This document shows positions 37,976 to 51,325 of a stretch of 64,000 nt of DNA, one piece after another (the stretch's first letter is position 1; each line of letters begins with the position of its first letter). This DNA comes from Octopus sinensis (lineage: Eukaryota), in the NCBI RefSeq assembly GCF_006345805.1, contig NC_043007.1, positions 20,894,001-20,958,000 on the forward strand, read 5' to 3'. Both the position numbers and the translations under genes were made by a program. Under the pieces are notes generated by a model. That model searched no databases. It worked only from the letters and a program-made list of their open reading frames with translations, and was not told the origin of the DNA.

Positions 37976-38680
37976 GAACACACACACATATGTGTATGTA
38001 AGTGTGTGTGTGATACTCAAGCATTCAACTGTGAGTGCATTGCGTCCTATAGCAGGAACAGCCGTTATGCTAACGAAGTTGATGACAGTTTTATTCCTCT
38101 GTACTCAACTGGCACTTTGTTCCAAATCATAAGTAATAACACCAAGTTATTAGTATCACTATGTCTAAGTGAAATAATAATAATAATAATAATAATAATA
38201 ATCATCATCATCGTTTAACATCCGCCTTCCCTGCTAGCATGGGTGGGACAGGTTTCACAAGAACTGGCCTGCACCAGACTTCTGTGTCCGTTTTGGCAGG
38301 ATTTTTACCCTTCCCAACACCAACCACTCAGCAGAGTGGCCAATAATAATAACAATAATAATAATAATAATAATGATAATTTGTATATGTATCTCACACA
38401 CACATATATGACGAGCTTCCCCACAATTTCTGTCTCCTCCTAAGTCCGTTCTCAAGACATTGGTTGGCCCAGGGTTATAGAAGAAGACACTTCCTCAAGT
38501 TGTTATCGTGCCGTGGGACTGAACCTGAAACCACATGGCTGCAAAGCAAACTTCTTAACCACACAGCCATGCCTGCACCTATTCTCTGAGGATGTTTTTA
38601 TTTTTTTTTTTTTTACTCATTAAATATTATCATCACTAATATTTTCACTGGATAGATGTGTTAACTTTTAACATTCTTAA

Positions 38681-39085
38681 CCCTTTCGTTACCGTATTTA
38701 TTTTGAGATGCTCTGTGTTTCGTTCAATTAATTTTAAACATAACAAAGAATTTAGTAAAATAACTTAGTTATCATTCAGCTAGTGTTAGGAACATAAATT
38801 GTGACTAAGGTTTGGTGGAAGATTTTAATTAAAAACTTATGAAAACAAGACATTTGTACTACAGAGCCAGAGCCAGTTTCAGCCATTTGAGATGCTCTGT
38901 GTTTCTTTGAATTACTTTAAATATAACAAAGAATTTAGTAAAATAACTTAGTTATCATTAAGCAAGTGTTAGGAACATAAATTGTGACTAAGGTTTGGTG
39001 GAAGATTTTAATTCAAAACTTATGAAAGTAAGCCATTTGTACTACAGAGCCAGAGGCGGTTTTGGCCAGGTTGGTAACGAAAGGG
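38681..39085. mobile_element. piggyBac-like MITE, family P2, with ~180-bp internal tandem duplication
   Basis: Perfect 13-bp TIR CCCTTTCGTTACC; TTAA TSD at 38677-38680 and 39086-39089. Confidence 0.9.
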
Positions 39086-39539
39086 TTAATCTAAATTTTC
39101 ATTGATATGCATTTCTATATCTGTTTGTCTTTACAAATTGTTGTCAGTATTAAGAAGGTCATCGAACCGTGAAACTTTTGTTCCAAACTACACATGCTTT
39201 CCTTTTTCTTTTTTCTTCCTACCCATCATAACACCATTGTGATCATAACACTATATTGATATGCATAATATTACATTTGGTATATTAATAGATATCGCCA
39301 GGTTGATGTCTCTCAACCATGCAATCATAAAAGCAGATGCCAAATAAAATTACCATAACGAACATGGATAATTAAAGCTAAATTATGCTTATGCTGGTTA
39401 ATTTTATCCTGTGTGTAACATTCTCTATCTGTGTGTGTCGTTACTCTCATTTGTTTCTTTTTTTAGTTTACGGCTGTGAAATTATTCTGTTTTAATTATG
39501 TGTGATTTATGCAAATTATGTCCTTCCAAAAAGCTTTCA

Positions 39540-39850
39540 CTCTCTCCATGTTCTCTATCTCTCTTCTCTCTCTCTCTCCTCTTTTTCTCTTTCTCTTTCT
39601 CCTCTTTTTCTCTCTCTCTTTCTCTCTCTCTCCTCTTTCTCTCTCTCCTCTTCTCTCTCTCCTCTTTCTCTCTCCCCTTCTCTTTTTCTCTCTCCTCTTT
39701 CTCTCTCTCCTTCTCTTTCTCTCTCCCCTTCTCTTTTTCTCTCTCCTCTTTCCCTCTCTCCTTCTCTTTCTCTCTCTCCTTCTCTTTCTCTCTCTCCTCT
39801 CTCTCTTTCTCTCTCTCCTTCTCTTTCTCTCTCTCCTCTCTCTCTCTCTC
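39540..39850. repeat. (CT)n/CTT-rich low-complexity tract
   Basis: Direct reading. Confidence 0.95.
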
Positions 39851-40584
39851 TTTGTTGATCTCATTAACACACATTTCTAAAATTAGTATTCAAATTTCAA
39901 TCTTAAAATTGATATCTGAAACCGCAAAACACACAACACACACAACACACACACACACGTGCACATGCACACCCAGACACACACACACACACGCACGTGC
40001 ACACGCACACACACACACATGTGCACCGACCATTGATTCTGAAGCTTCTGAGCCACTTGAGAAATGAAAACATCAAACTGTATTGGAAAAAATCTCTAAA
40101 AATACGAAACACATTGATGTTGCATTTTGAATAAAACATAAAGTAACACTAAAACAACAGCTCTAGAGGCGAAACCTTTGCGTTTAATACAATTCTTTCT
40201 TGTCTAAAATGTCATCAATTCAACTTGGTATTGTGTGAGTATCTTGTTGACTTTTTTAGTTACACTACCTTCATATCATCTGACATATCTATCAGGTTCT
40301 AAAGGTTCAATTGCGCCAATTAAGTCCTTGATCTCAACATTTTATGCCCACCCCTACGTTAAAGTAAAACTGGAAAGTCATTTTAAATTTATCCTTTACT
40401 TGCTTCAGTCATTGGACTGCGGCCATGCTTGAGACGCTGTCCCGAAGGGTTTTTTGATTCCAGTGCATATTTTGTTTTCGAATCAGGTACATATTCTATC
40501 GGTTTCTTTTTGCTGTACTGCTAGGTTACAGGGACATAAACCAATACTGGTTACAAAAGCATCAAGGGAGAAAACACACACACA

Positions 40585-40815
40585 CCTATTTCTTTACTAC
40601 CCACAAGGAGCTAAACACAGAGGGAACAAACAAGGACAGACAAACGGATTAAGTTGATTATATTGACCCCAGTGCGTAACTGGTACTTGTTTAATCGACC
40701 CCGAAAGGATGAAAGGCAAAGTCAACCTCAGCGGAATTTGGACTCAGAATGTAATGGCAGACGAAATACTGCTAAGCATTTCGCCCAGCGTGCTAACGTT
40801 TCTGCTAGCTTGCCG
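40585..40815 (-). mobile_element. Family A SINE
   Basis: Reverse complement of the family consensus. Confidence 0.85.
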
Positions 40816-41039
40816 TTTCTGCCACACACACACACCATAGGCTTCCACACATTCTCCATCTAGTGAATTTAATCATAAAGCATAGTTTAGCCTGGGGCTA
40901 TAATAGAAGACTCTCAAGGTGCTGCATAATGGGACTGAACCCAAAACCATGTGGTTGCAAAGCAAGCTTCTTAACCACACAGCTATGCCCGGAGAAGCAT
41001 CTAAAATATAACAAGTCTTGTCTTCTCTATTTTATGCTA

Positions 41040-41600
41040 TTTCAATTGAATTCGAAATCGAACCAAATTCGTCGACTGGCATCCATGCCAACCTCCCTTC
41101 ACTGGACACTAAACTCTACTTGCAAAAACCTGTTGGGGCAAGTGAAATCGAATTTGAAGCAAATTCGATGATTGGCACCCATGCCAGTGGAACACTCCAA
41201 GCGGGATCACTGCTGGAGCAGCTGTCTAGCACATAAAGAGCACCAATTGAGCGTGATCGTTGTCAGCGTCACTTCACTGGCACTTGTGCCGGTGGCACAT
41301 GAAGAAAACATTCGAGCAAGGGCGTTGCCAGTGCTGCTGGACTGACTCTTGTGCAGGTGGCACATAAAAAACACCATTTTCGAGTGTGGCCATTGCCAGT
41401 ATCGCCAGACTGGCACTCGTGCCAGTGGCACTTTAAAACCACCCACTACACTCTTGGAGTGGTTGGCGTTAGGAAGGGCATCCAGCTGTAGAAACTCTGG
41501 CAGATCTGACTGGCCTGGTGCAGCCATCTGGTTTGCCAGTCCTCAGTCAAATCATCCAACCCATGCTAGCATGGAAAGCAGACGTTAAATAATGATGATG
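41040..41600 (+). mobile_element. Family C retroposon, long 5' variant
   Basis: CTGGACACTAAACTCT... 5' part shared with the 56470 copy; tail present. Confidence 0.85.
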
Positions 41601-43794
41601 ATGAAAGATGTTCTAGAAAAGGCGTGGGCATCTCTTTTCAAGATGCAGGCTGCATGGGTCATGGCTCATCATCAGACGGGTCACACTACTAAGCAATTTA
41701 AAGTAATTTTTTTGGTTGGCATGCCATTCAGAAAACTGTTCTAGAATGTTCTGTACTCTTTTCGCTTTTATAAATTTAAAAGCTTAATCATCCTGCTTCC
41801 AATCTACAGTTTGTAAATTTTATAAATTTAGATTTCGTTTTTGGATTTGGTTTGCAAGATTTTTTATCTGAGTTCGTGTGTTGAAGCATATTCTGTTGTG
41901 TCTGGGGAGAGTCATTTTCTTTTTGTGCCTTATAATGTAACACACTTACCGGTAAAATTTCCTTATTTTTTAATATTTTTTATTCTTTCGTATTATTTTT
42001 TATTTTTAAACTTTTTAATTTTTAATTTTTTTATTTTAATTTTTTTAATTTTTTTTATTTAGTGCTTTTTTAAAATCTTTTCACTAACCTCCCTTGCAAT
42101 TTCAGTGCATTACCCACTTAAGTGAACAGCTTTTGTTTCTTAATTATTTATTCTATAAATTTATTTACAATCTGCTCACACTTGTTATTTTATTTAATAC
42201 CTTGCAAAAAAAAAGCAAAAAAAAAGCATTTAAGGCGGAGGAAAAAAAGTTGTGTTCCTGCATTTAAGCATTGCAATTTTGTAACTTACATTTTGCTTCA
42301 CATACCTGCTCTATTCTTCCTGTGTCTTACAATAGTATTGTTTGTTTGATTCTATTGTCTCTTGGTTGTTGTGTGACTCTAAAGCTTTGTTCGTTTCCTT
42401 TGTAGTTTGTTTATTGTCATCTGTGGCGGTTTGAATTGAGGATCAATCAGTTTAATGTAGATTGTGTCTACTACAAAGTGCACAGTGATTTCTGTAGACG
42501 TTTAGTCTTTTAAGACAAACAACCAGATCTTCCATTATCCAAGTATTATCGAGCAGTGTCTTTACTCCACTTACATCATCAATACTTCGACAGGTTCTAC
42601 CTTCATCAGTTTGCTTCCGTCATCCCAGTGCCACTTAAAATATCTTGCTGTGCCTCTTGTCTAAGGCTTCACTCACTCACCATGTTTTCTGCCAAAGCTC
42701 CGCGTGAAATATTCTCTCTTTTTTTACTCTTTTGCTCTTTTACTTGTTTTCAGTCATTTGACTGTGGCCATGCTGGAGCACCGCCTTTAGTCGAGCAAAT
42801 CGACTCCAGGACTTATTCTTTGTAAGCCTAGTACTTATTCTATTGGTCTCTTTTGCCAAACCGTTTAGTTAATGGGACGTAAACACACCAGCATCAGTTG
42901 CCAAGCGATGTTGTGGGGACAAACACAGATACACAAAGATATACACATGCATACATACACACACACATATATATATATACACATACATATATACATATAT
43001 ATGTATACATACATATATATGTATGTGTGTGTATATGTTTGTGTGTGTCTGTTTGTCCCCCCAACATCGCTTGACAAACGATGCTGGTGTGTTTACACCC
43101 CTTAACTTAGCGGTTCGGCAAAAGGGACCGATAGAATAAGTATTAGGCTTACAAAGAATAAGTCCTCGTGTCGATTTGCTCGACTAAAGGCGGTGCTCCA
43201 GCATGGCCACAATCAAATGACTGAAACAAGTAAAAGAGTTTAAAGAGTATACAAACATCATTTCAATGAATTTCAATTTTCTTCCCATACCATTCTCTTT
43301 CGGTTATTTCTTTCCCCGGATGTAGTCACACCTTCTTAGAATAACAGTAAAAAAAAATCAAGATTTCTATATGTTTGTAAATTGATTGCTTAAAGAAATC
43401 TACCGGACCATATCTGGCTCCGGTCCAACGTACTGGCATATGGAAATGCATTTATGTTAACAGTTAGTGTTTTGAGTGTATTTTAACAAATACAGCAGAG
43501 GCCTAATGAACAAGCGTGTAAAATAAAGATCATGAAAAACAATGATTGATGCAGAGCCAACACACACTGTAATTGCTTAAATTATAAATGCTTGATTTTG
43601 GTCTCTCAACTACTTTCATTATTTTATATTTTCATGGTAGCCCCTCCCTGTACACCATTATTCATTTCTCACATGGTGAAGATTATTAACCAGATTTGCT
43701 TCTGCTTGTGCAAGACTTGTTCCGTGTTCTGCAAACGGATTAGGCGCTAGCACATGATATTGTATGAATATGTTCACGGTACATAGCTTGAGAG

Positions 43795-44025
43795 GCGGCG
43801 AGCTGGCAGAATTGTTGGCACGCCGGGTGAAATGCTTAGCGGTATTTCGTCTGCCACTACGTTCTGAGTTCAAATTCCGCCGAGGTCGACTTTGCCTTTC
43901 ATCCTTTCGGGGTCGATTAAATAAGTACCAGTTACGCACTGGGGTCGATATAATCGACTTAATCCATTTGTCTGTCCTTGTTTGTCCTCTCTGTGTTTAG
44001 CCCCTTGTGGGTAGTAAAGAAGTAA
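43795..44025 (+). mobile_element. Family A SINE with 16-bp TSD GTACATAGCTTGAGAG
   Basis: TSD at 43779-43794 and 44026-44041. Confidence 0.93.
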
Positions 44026-46666
44026 GTACATAGCTTGAGAGTTTAAATTATTCTGCAGGTAATTTGTTCCTGGAAAAAAAATTTTTCTTCTTCTTTTGAG
44101 CTAAACTTACCAAATTGGAAAGTATCGTTCAATCTGTCTGGTAATTTATTAGCTTTGCTCAGTCTATTTAAGGAGACGTCTGTTTCTGTCTGTTGAACTC
44201 TGTGGCAACCGAAGACTAATATAGGAACAGAAATTGTGTCAGTCTTAGCAGCCATGTTTAGCTAACGTGAATTAGTATTTTAATTATTTCGTTTCAGCAA
44301 GAACACAATGAAAATTAATCATCCAGAGATAAAGTCGCTTCTTTAATAAACCTAGAGAAATCATTTTGATCAAGTCCAGCCTATTTTTAGTCTGGTGGGC
44401 AGTGAAAAGCTTTATTGAAAACGAGTAACTTCTATTTAAAGTTAATTTCATGTTTGGAAGAGACTTATGTAAAGTCTTCGGCCAGGTTCTTTTCTCGGTC
44501 TTCTATTGTTATCCAAGTTGTGGAAGCTCTCAAGCCAAAATTTAACAGCATTGAATGCTCATGAGAAATTTTTGTAGGCAGGTGACGTTATTGAAAACTT
44601 GCCAAGCAAAGGTTAAAAGTCTTGTGTGTCCTGTTCTTGCTGTATTCTGGTATTAAATACATTATTATCATCACAACACATTTTGACTTTGGATCTCTTT
44701 TGAAATGAAGACTATTTCGGTGATATAAACTAGTAACAGGACTATGTCAACCAGATAAGAATTCTGTTTCAGACAATTTTTCCAGGTCCTCATGTTGGTG
44801 TTGTCTGACAGAACTGACAATAAAAGTAAAATGGATTCAAGTGTGTTGCTGTAACACTAATATTTCCTTTTCCCCAGTTTCTTCCCAAAATGCATCTCCA
44901 TCTATAATTCCTATGTTTGTGCCAACTCATCTCCCTTGCACACTCTGATTGCTGCAGTGGTTAAAGGAATATTTAAAAAATGAATCGAATGGGCATGGCA
45001 TGGCACAGTTTGTGTCCCAACCACATGGTTTTGGAATCAGTCTCACAGTGTAATTCCTTGGGCATGGGTCTTCTACTATAGCCCCAGGCCAACTAAAGTC
45101 CTGTGAGTACATTTGGTGGCATTAGGAAGGGCATCAAGCTGTAGAAACCTTGCCAGATCAGATTGGAGCTTGGTGCGGCCACCTGGCTTACCAGCCCTCA
45201 GTCAAACCATCCAACCCATGCCAGCATGGAATGCGGACGTTAAATGATGATGATGATGTGTGTGTGTGTTCTTGACTTGACATCACATAACCATTGTAAA
45301 TGAAAGTCTTTCATTTTGAATATTCTACAAAAAAAAATGTTTGGTCACGGGGGTGAAATATTAACCTTTTTGGAAACGGGTATGGGTTAGTGACAGAAAG
45401 GGCATCCAGCTGTAGAAAAACTGCCTCGACAAAACAATGATGTTGATGTCTATCGCAGTGTTTTCTGTCTTCTGGAGCCTGGCGTGGCCTCCTGGCTTGC
45501 CAGTCCTCAATCAAACCATCCAACCCATGCCAGCATGGAAAGCAGACATTAAACGTTGGTGATGATGACATTGGGTACACTTTTCTGAAATGGTGAGAAA
45601 TGCAGAGAAAACGAACGAAAAACAATAACAAAATACAATTTAATAAGCAAACGAAAAAAAATGTCTGCAGTAAATCTATTTTAAACAAATGCTGTTCTGA
45701 GCAGAATGTTTTGCAAAGTTAAAAGTATAAAAACAAAACAAAAGAACAAAAACACCATGATGAGTGAGTGAAGATGAATATTTAAGTGTTGCTAGGGAAA
45801 TAAATTCAATTTTTTTCTTGGTTCATATGTTCTTAAAAACAGTCTGGTGAAGAGAGAAAAGAGCTTCAAAGTTTCACCATTATTCCTCCACTATCACAAT
45901 CATCATATCCGTTTTCCCACTAATCATCTTATCTGTTTTCCCATACTACTGTGGATTGTTTAGAATACATCAGCTTCATTCCTACACAATTCCTTCTGCA
46001 AGTGCCATGTCCAATTTTCTAAAGAGTTTCTCAGTTGCCCATCTCTTTGCCGCTGTCGCATTATTTTCTCTCTAGCACACTTAACCTACCCACCTAATTT
46101 CTCCCTCAGTTCCTCACTTTACTCTCATACTCACCTCATACTATTACTTCATCTCTCTCCCTCTCTCCCCTTCACACTGATGGTAAGCCATGTGTTCACC
46201 TGTCTTGCAAGTATTTGGTGACCCCACCAGTGCTGGTGCCACAAAAAAGCACTCTGTATGTTCTGTAAAGTGGTTTGGCATCAAAGAAGGGCACCCAGCT
46301 GTAGAAACCACACCAAAGCAGACCCTCTGGCTCATCAGTTCTTCTCAAACCATCCAGTTCAATCCAGCATGGACTATAGACATTAAACCAGTGTTCTCAA
46401 CCATTTTTTTTTTTATCCCTGGACCCCTTTGATTGATATCTTATTCTGGTGGATCCCCATAGCCATTTGATATTGAAAAACTAATTTTATAGATACTTCT
46501 TTCATCACACATTCACTTGTATAACTTAAACTTTGTAAAATGTCAGAGAAAGAAACCTGTTTCCTGCAATAAATACCTCTGCATCAAAATTATTTCATGG
46601 CCCCTTAAAATAATACTGTGGACCCCTCAAAATCTTATATGGACTCCAATTGAGCATCATCATCAT

Positions 46667-47110
46667 CATCGTTTAACGTCCGTTTTCCGCGCTAGCACAG
46701 GTTGGACGGTTCGGCCGGGGTCTGGGAAGCCAAGGGCTGCACCAGGCTCCAGTCTGATCTGGCAGTGTTTCTACAGCTGGGTGCCCTTCCTAACGCCAAC
46801 CACTCTGCGAGTGTAGTGGGTGCTTTTTATGTGCCAGGGGAGTCTGGCATCGGAAGCCAGTCAAGGCGGCGCTGGCATCGGCCACGTTCGGATGATGCTT
46901 TTTATGTGCCACCGGCACAGAAGCCAGTCGAGGCGGCGCTGGCATCGACCACGTTCGGATGGTGCTTTTTATGTGCCACTGGCACAGGTATCACAACTAC
47001 TATTTCCATTGATATTTATTTCGATGTTCATGTACTTGACTCAATAGGTCTCCTCAAGCACAGCGGGATGTTCTGGAATCCAAGGTACTTTGAATGGGCA
47101 GGGGCTATGA
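46667..47110 (-). mobile_element. Family C retroposon ~100 nt upstream of the last FBXL5 coding exon
   Basis: Reverse-complement tail plus internal units. Confidence 0.85.
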
Positions 47111-47215
47111 CTGCATTAAATGTTCAAATGTATTGTTCATGAAATTTTTGTTAATATTTATCAAATCTGTTTTGTAATTAAATCATTTTCTCTCTTTTTC
47201 GTTCCCCATTTCTAG

Positions 47216-47444
47216 AGCTCTTTCCATTTATGGAAAATTATCGAATTTAACCTACCTTGATCTTTCCGGCTGTCTGCAAGTCAGCGGTGATGTGCTTGAA
47301 AAATTGGTGGAATCTTGTCCAAAGCTACAGCATGAAAATCTCTTCTACTGTGATAATATTAGCAATGATCCTTATGAATACACAGCCAGTGGATGTCAGA
47401 ATCTACAGTGTAGCAACAGAGTTTGCTGCCGGAATGGAGAATAA
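47216..47444 (+). CDS. FBXL5: FBXL5 last coding exon (ALSIYGKLSNLTYLDLSGC...[33 protein letters not shown])
   Basis: Acceptor ccatttctAG at 47214-47215; phase 2 matches the 15920 donor; C-terminus matches human [32 protein letters not shown]; TAA at 47442-47444. Confidence 0.96.
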
Positions 47445-47467
47445 GCTCAAAATTATTTGATGAGCAG

Positions 47468-48124
47468 GTAAATTTCTCACCACTTTTTTTCTTTCTTTTC
47501 TTGTGTTCTTATAGTTTTCATGCCATCATTTCAAATTAGCACATGCTGTGTGTGTGTTTGTCTGTGTGTGTGTGTGTCAGAGAACAGAATAAAACAGAAG
47601 ATTATCTATTATATAAAATCCGTTCTGTCTGTGTGTATCTGACTCATACACTGTTCACTTCCCAGACATTTGTATATTATTGCATATGCTTTATACGCAC
47701 TTTTGACAAGTTGTGGTGCACCTGAACACTGTATACAATAATTTCATTATTATTATTATTATCATTATTATACATACATACATACATCCTTCAAAAGTCA
47801 GAGCACTGCATCCTTCAAAACTTCCATGCTTCCTGAGATTCACCAACACTACACCTGTTTTTCTCCCCTCCATACACACGCAAGCATGTATCTGACTCAT
47901 ACACTGTTCACTTTCCAGACATTTGTACATTACTGCATATGCTTTATATGCACTTTTGACAAGTTGTGGTGCACCTGAGCACAGTATACAATAATTTTAT
48001 TATTATTATTATTAAAAAAAAGCTATCAGATGAAATGTCCATCAATCGTGAAGTTTCAATTCTTTATAAATTGTGCTTTTTGGCCTTAAATAACAAAGTT
48101 TCTTTTTCTCTCCTTCTTTTCCAG
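47468..48124 (+). other. FBXL5: Putative 3'UTR intron of FBXL5
   Basis: CAG|GTAAAT donor 23 nt after the stop; acceptor with a long polypyrimidine tract (tttctttttctctccttcttttccAG) at 48123-48124. Confidence 0.55.
47636..48012 (+). mobile_element. Two tandem CR1 3'-end fragments with (ATT)n tails
   Basis: GAGCACTGCATCCTTCAAAACTTCCATG is shared with the CR1 ORF2 end at ~62490; the 3'UTR segment is duplicated. Confidence 0.65.
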
Positions 48125-49062
48125 ATTCATCCTGTCTTGGCAACTTGTTATGATCAACCAACAGATTTTCTTGTCTTCTATTGTTAAAGTCTTAATTATT
48201 TTCTCAACAGTTCTGGGTAAATTTTATTCTAGCCTAATAGTATCCCAATTTCTAAAACTGATTATTAACTTAAACTTGCTGAGTAATTTTAGAGTTTCAT
48301 TCTTCCTTCTCATTAAATTCTGCAGTTATTATTATTATTTTTTATTTTTTTATTTTTATTCTTTTGCAATCGGTGAACAAAGGCATCATTTGTTCACCGA
48401 AATTATCATCGGTGAGAGTGACAAGGGAGTGTCTGTATCTCAGTGTAGAACAAACACCACAAGGGATTTCATTTGTAGAGCGCTAGTTTTTGGGTTTTTT
48501 TCCTTGTTGATGTTTACATTTTTTGCTAATGTTTATTGCCAACGCACACACAATGAATTTCCGTGCAGTTCTGTCTACCAGTTTCCACTCAGAAGATATC
48601 AGTCAACTCAAAGTTATGGTAGAAGATACTTACCTAATGTTTCTGCGCCGTAAGTTCAAACCCCAAACACTGCAGTTGCAGAACAAACTCTCTTTACCTC
48701 CACAATCAAGCATGCTTACGTCCCTAATTTAAATTTCACATTTTCATTGAAGCCCGTCTCATCAACCACTTGCATTCCAAGTTACGATCCCTCCTCACCT
48801 TTCATTTCATCTCTCTGCCGACATAATTTTATATTATTTCCATCAAAACATTCTCCTGCTTTGCAAAGTTCATGCTGTTGATGATGCTTTCAATTTTTTT
48901 TTTCCGTTACTTTCCATGAAACTTAGTCACCAAAAGAACTCAGTGTTAATGACAATTCCTAATGAAGTCACCCTATCAACCAGTCTGTCGGATGTTTTCA
49001 TACCCCACTGGTCACAGTGCTCTTCCTTGCATTGTTGTAGCTTTCAGATGATGCCACCACCC

Positions 49063-49400
49063 TACCTGCTAAGCAGGCCAACGGGCAGCCAGGCCGAATT
49101 TCCTCCGAACGGGACACCAGTCCTTACAGCTGAGTGCAACCGGAGCAATTTGGAAGTGTTTTGCTCAGAAACACAACAAAACACTAACCAGGTTGGGGAT
49201 TGAAACCGCTATCTTGTGATCATGACTACAGCACCTTCTACCTGCTAAGTGGGCCAACGGGCAACCAGGCCAAAATTCCCTCCGAATGGGACACCAGCCC
49301 TTACAGCTGAGTGCAAATGAAATGTTTTGCTCAGAAATACAACACACCAACCAGGCTGGGAATTGAAACCACCGTCTTGCGATCACAACTGCTGCACCTT
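49063..49400 (-). repeat. Tandem duplication (~175 bp) of a CORE-SINE-like fragment
   Basis: CTACCTGCTAAG...GCACCTT repeated at ~49063 and ~49238. Confidence 0.7.
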
Positions 49401-49816
49401 TATCCACTCCACCAAGCCTCACACCTTTGCTAATAATACATTCAAGGAGAAGTTGAAGCCATCCGATGATAAATAAACTCCCAACACATCTACCAGCCTC
49501 TCTAGCCTCCACCCCCCACTCCACCTCTCACTCTTTCCCTCGTAGCTACAACAACTGTCATTGCTTCCCATCTTAGAAGACAAAATGTCAATTTTGATAC
49601 GTGATACTCTATGCAAATCATATTCCACTCCTGCATTTCGCCCATCTAATGTTTCTGATGAGTTCACCTAGTTTTCTCTTCTCTACATTTCAACTGATGC
49701 TGCTCCTATTTATATTACAAATATATTATATTACTTCGACTGCAATTATGTCATATGTTCAATAGACAAATATGCTGATTGCTTCTCGCAGGCAAAGCCA
49801 CACAAGTTAATTATTA

Positions 49817-49851
<35 letters not shown>

Positions 49852-50268
49852 TAAAAAATTTTTTTTTTACATGAATGGGCATGTGGACTAATTAGCAGTG
49901 ATTTGTTATAGCTCTTATCTTCTTTTACTGGTTTCAGTCATTGGACCGTTGGCCATGCTGGGGCACTGCCTTGAAAAGGTTTTTAGTCGGACAGCTCGAC
50001 CCACCCCCACCCCTCCCCAGTACTTGTTTTTTTGAGGTCTAGCACTTATTTGATTGGTCTGTTTTGCCAAACCTCTAAGTTACAGGGACATAAACAAACC
50101 AACACCGGTTGTCAAGCAGTGGTGGGAATACACACAATCACAAATATGCATGTATGTATATGTGAGTGTGTATGTATGTAAGTGCGTGTGTATGTGTGTG
50201 TTTGTGTGTATGTATATATATATATATGTATGTATGTATGTATGTAAGTGCGTGTGTATGTGTGTGTT

Positions 50269-50319
<51 letters not shown>

Positions 50320-51288
50320 GGGTCCAACCCATGCCAGCATGGAAAGCAGACGTTAAACAACGATGATATATATGATGGGGCTCTTTCAGTTTCCATCTGC
50401 CAAGTCCACTCAAAGGGCTTTGGATTGGTTGGCCCTGAGAGGACACTTGTCTAAGGTGCCACACAGTGGGACTGAACCTGAAACCATGTGATTGGGAAGG
50501 AAACCTCTTTACTACTAACCCATTAGTTACATATTAGTTCTTTTTTGTTTTAAATATTTTTTTGTTAAAGTGAATTTAGTTTAGCAAAATACTGATATTT
50601 TTGTTTCCTTTTATGCTGTTTTTTTTTCCTATTATCATTAAACTGGTATCTTTTCCTTATTTCCTTAGCTGACCCCTTTTTTATATCTCTTACCTAGCAC
50701 TCATTTAGGCATCCTCGTGCCATTAGGTCCCATCATAAAAACCGTTGTTGAATAATTTCAAGAAAATAGCTAGAGGCTTCAGTACGTTATCTACTGCTGA
50801 CTCTCTCATTGTGACATTTTTAATTTATTTTCAATTTATTAATTATTTACAAACAAACTCTTAATCTCTAAAAAAAAAAAAGAAAAAAAAAAAAAGAAAA
50901 TGTTGAACTCTGCTAATAAAATACCGGTGTTACTTGAAGCAAATCTGCTTAAAGAATGTAAAATATATAATAAACAGTAATCAATTAACGGACTCTTTTT
51001 TTTATTGATTTTTTTCTTTTTTTCTTTTGTTTCTTTTATTTGTTTCAGTCATTGAACTGTGGTCATGCTGGAGCACTACCTCGAAGGTTTTACTCAAATT
51101 GTCGCCAGTACTGTTTTTTTTTAATGTCTCTTAATTTATGGGGATGTAAACCAACAAACACTGGTTCTTATACAATGGGGGCAAGGCAGGCACAAACCCA
51201 CACACCCACAGATAGCTAATAGTGAAGGATTATCAATCCTTTGTACACCAGGCTAACAGTATTGTTTAGATTAGCGAAGAACTAACTT

Positions 51289-51325
<37 letters not shown>

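Larger units (their letters stand above)
15921..47215 (+). other. FBXL5: 31.3-kb FBXL5 intron
   Basis: GT...AG boundaries join LRR codons in frame (AG|A = Arg); no extra FBXL5-like exon was recognised inside. Confidence 0.85.

Noticed and set aside
48432-48452. Iron-responsive-element-like CAGUGU loop in the putative FBXL5 3'UTR
   Set aside because: Only a 3-bp upper stem and no bulged C; does not meet IRE geometry.
49419-49667. ORF containing DVLGVYLSSD, resembling a LINE RT motif
   Set aside because: A single short motif with no corroborating neighbours.
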